Of a stretch of 33,869 nucleotides of DNA, positions 32,925 through 33,869 are shown piece by piece. This DNA is from Octopus bimaculoides (taxonomy: Eukaryota), in the NCBI RefSeq assembly GCF_001194135.2, contig NC_068984.1:143765308-143799176 (forward strand), in the 5' to 3' direction. The position numbers and the translations under genes are program-made. The notes beneath the pieces are model-generated. The model worked only from the letters and a program-made list of their open reading frames with translations. It did not search any database and was not told the DNA's origin. Every line of letters starts with the position of its first letter. The first letter of the stretch is position 1.

Positions 32925-33541
32925 AAAGACGGGATGGTCACGGTTAAAACGCCCTCGATCATTGGTCTACTCTTTCAGGGCTGCTCTTGGACTGAATAAC
33001 AGCAAATGTAATTTTTACGGGATCAGTTAATATGCTAGAAATAACAGCCGAATCTCTATTAAACCACGCCCTGCCGCTTTAAGAAACAAAGGACACATTA
33101 AATAGTGTAGAAGCAGAGTTCGAGATATACAAATGAAGATGGGATGGTCAGAGCTGGAACGCCGTTGATCATCTGCCTGCTCGAAGTAGGTAATATGTTG
33201 TTACTGAATCTGCTAGAAATAACAGCCGAATCTTCGTCAAATTGTACCTTACTGTTATAAGAAACGAAAGACACATTAGGGTCCGAGATATACAAAGAAA
33301 GTTGGAATGGTCACCGCTGGAACGCTGTTGATCATGGGTCTTCTCGTGATAGCTAATACGGTGTCATTTTGTCTGCTAGTAATAACAGTCAAATCTCCCT
33401 CTAATTGTCGTAACGTCTTGAAATAAGGAAGGACACATTTCCTAATGTGATGCTACATAATTCTAAAACAAGACTGGATAGCTACGGCTGGAATTCTTTT
33501 GATAAGACTTCTACTGGTTCAGGTTTGGCCTGGGGTTAAAC
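32925..33541 (+). repeat. Head-to-tail tandem multimer (~3.5 units of about 163-210 bp) of family E
   Basis: GCTAGAAATAACAGCCGAATC-like markers at 33033, 33211 and 33374; GGGATGGTCA-like markers at 32931, 33141, 33304 and 33475; a trinucleotide tail follows only the last unit. Confidence 0.8.
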
Positions 33542-33869
33542 AGCAGCAGCAGCAGCAGTAGTAGCAGAGGCAGCAGCAATTATTACAAACTCCCACCTCC
33601 CAACACCAACACCACCACCACCATCACCGACACCAAGAGCTGTGACATCAACAGCACAAATGATGAATGAGTCTTAGGAAGGAATTTGTGTGTGTGCGTA
33701 CGTGTGTGTTTGTGCGGGTGTGTGTGTGTGGATGTGTTTATGAATGTGTGTGCGATTGTATGTATGTGTGTATGTGTTTGTGCAGATTGTTGAAATAGCT
33801 TCGCCACACTGGAATGGTTCCCTCCAGTTAGCCAAAGAATGGTAAGCGGGGAGGATGTTGTTTAGTTAA

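Overview
This is animal non-coding DNA, AT-rich and dense in microsatellites, with 12 N-gaps that mostly sit next to simple repeats. I can support no intact protein-coding gene, rRNA, true tRNA or CRISPR array; the supplied ORFs are repeat or N-run artefacts, or pieces of transposon pseudogenes. The repeat repertoire (several tRNA-headed SINE families, non-LTR and mariner relics) looks like a coleoid cephalopod, probably Octopus. That assignment is an inference from pattern recall, not a database result. Recognisable protein relics are two R4/Dong-clade LINE fragments (3183-3520 post-RT, 32356-32621 RLE endonuclease), an L1/Tx1-clade ORF2 3' end (31200-32352, minus) and a 5' mariner fragment (15897-16446). 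The main unexplained signal is a set of minimal type I hammerhead ribozyme (HHR) motifs from several unrelated repeat families, most in palindromic Penelope-like arrangements. Two keep a complete catalytic core (4238-4323 and 8883-8928). One of these lies inside a tRNA-headed, SINE-like unit that is fold-back duplicated into a ~625-bp palindrome. Other notable structures are a perfect 33-bp template-switch palindrome, a 57-bp-stem hairpin, a tandem multimer of a repeat, and a 213-bp duplication flanking a gap that is probably an assembly artefact.
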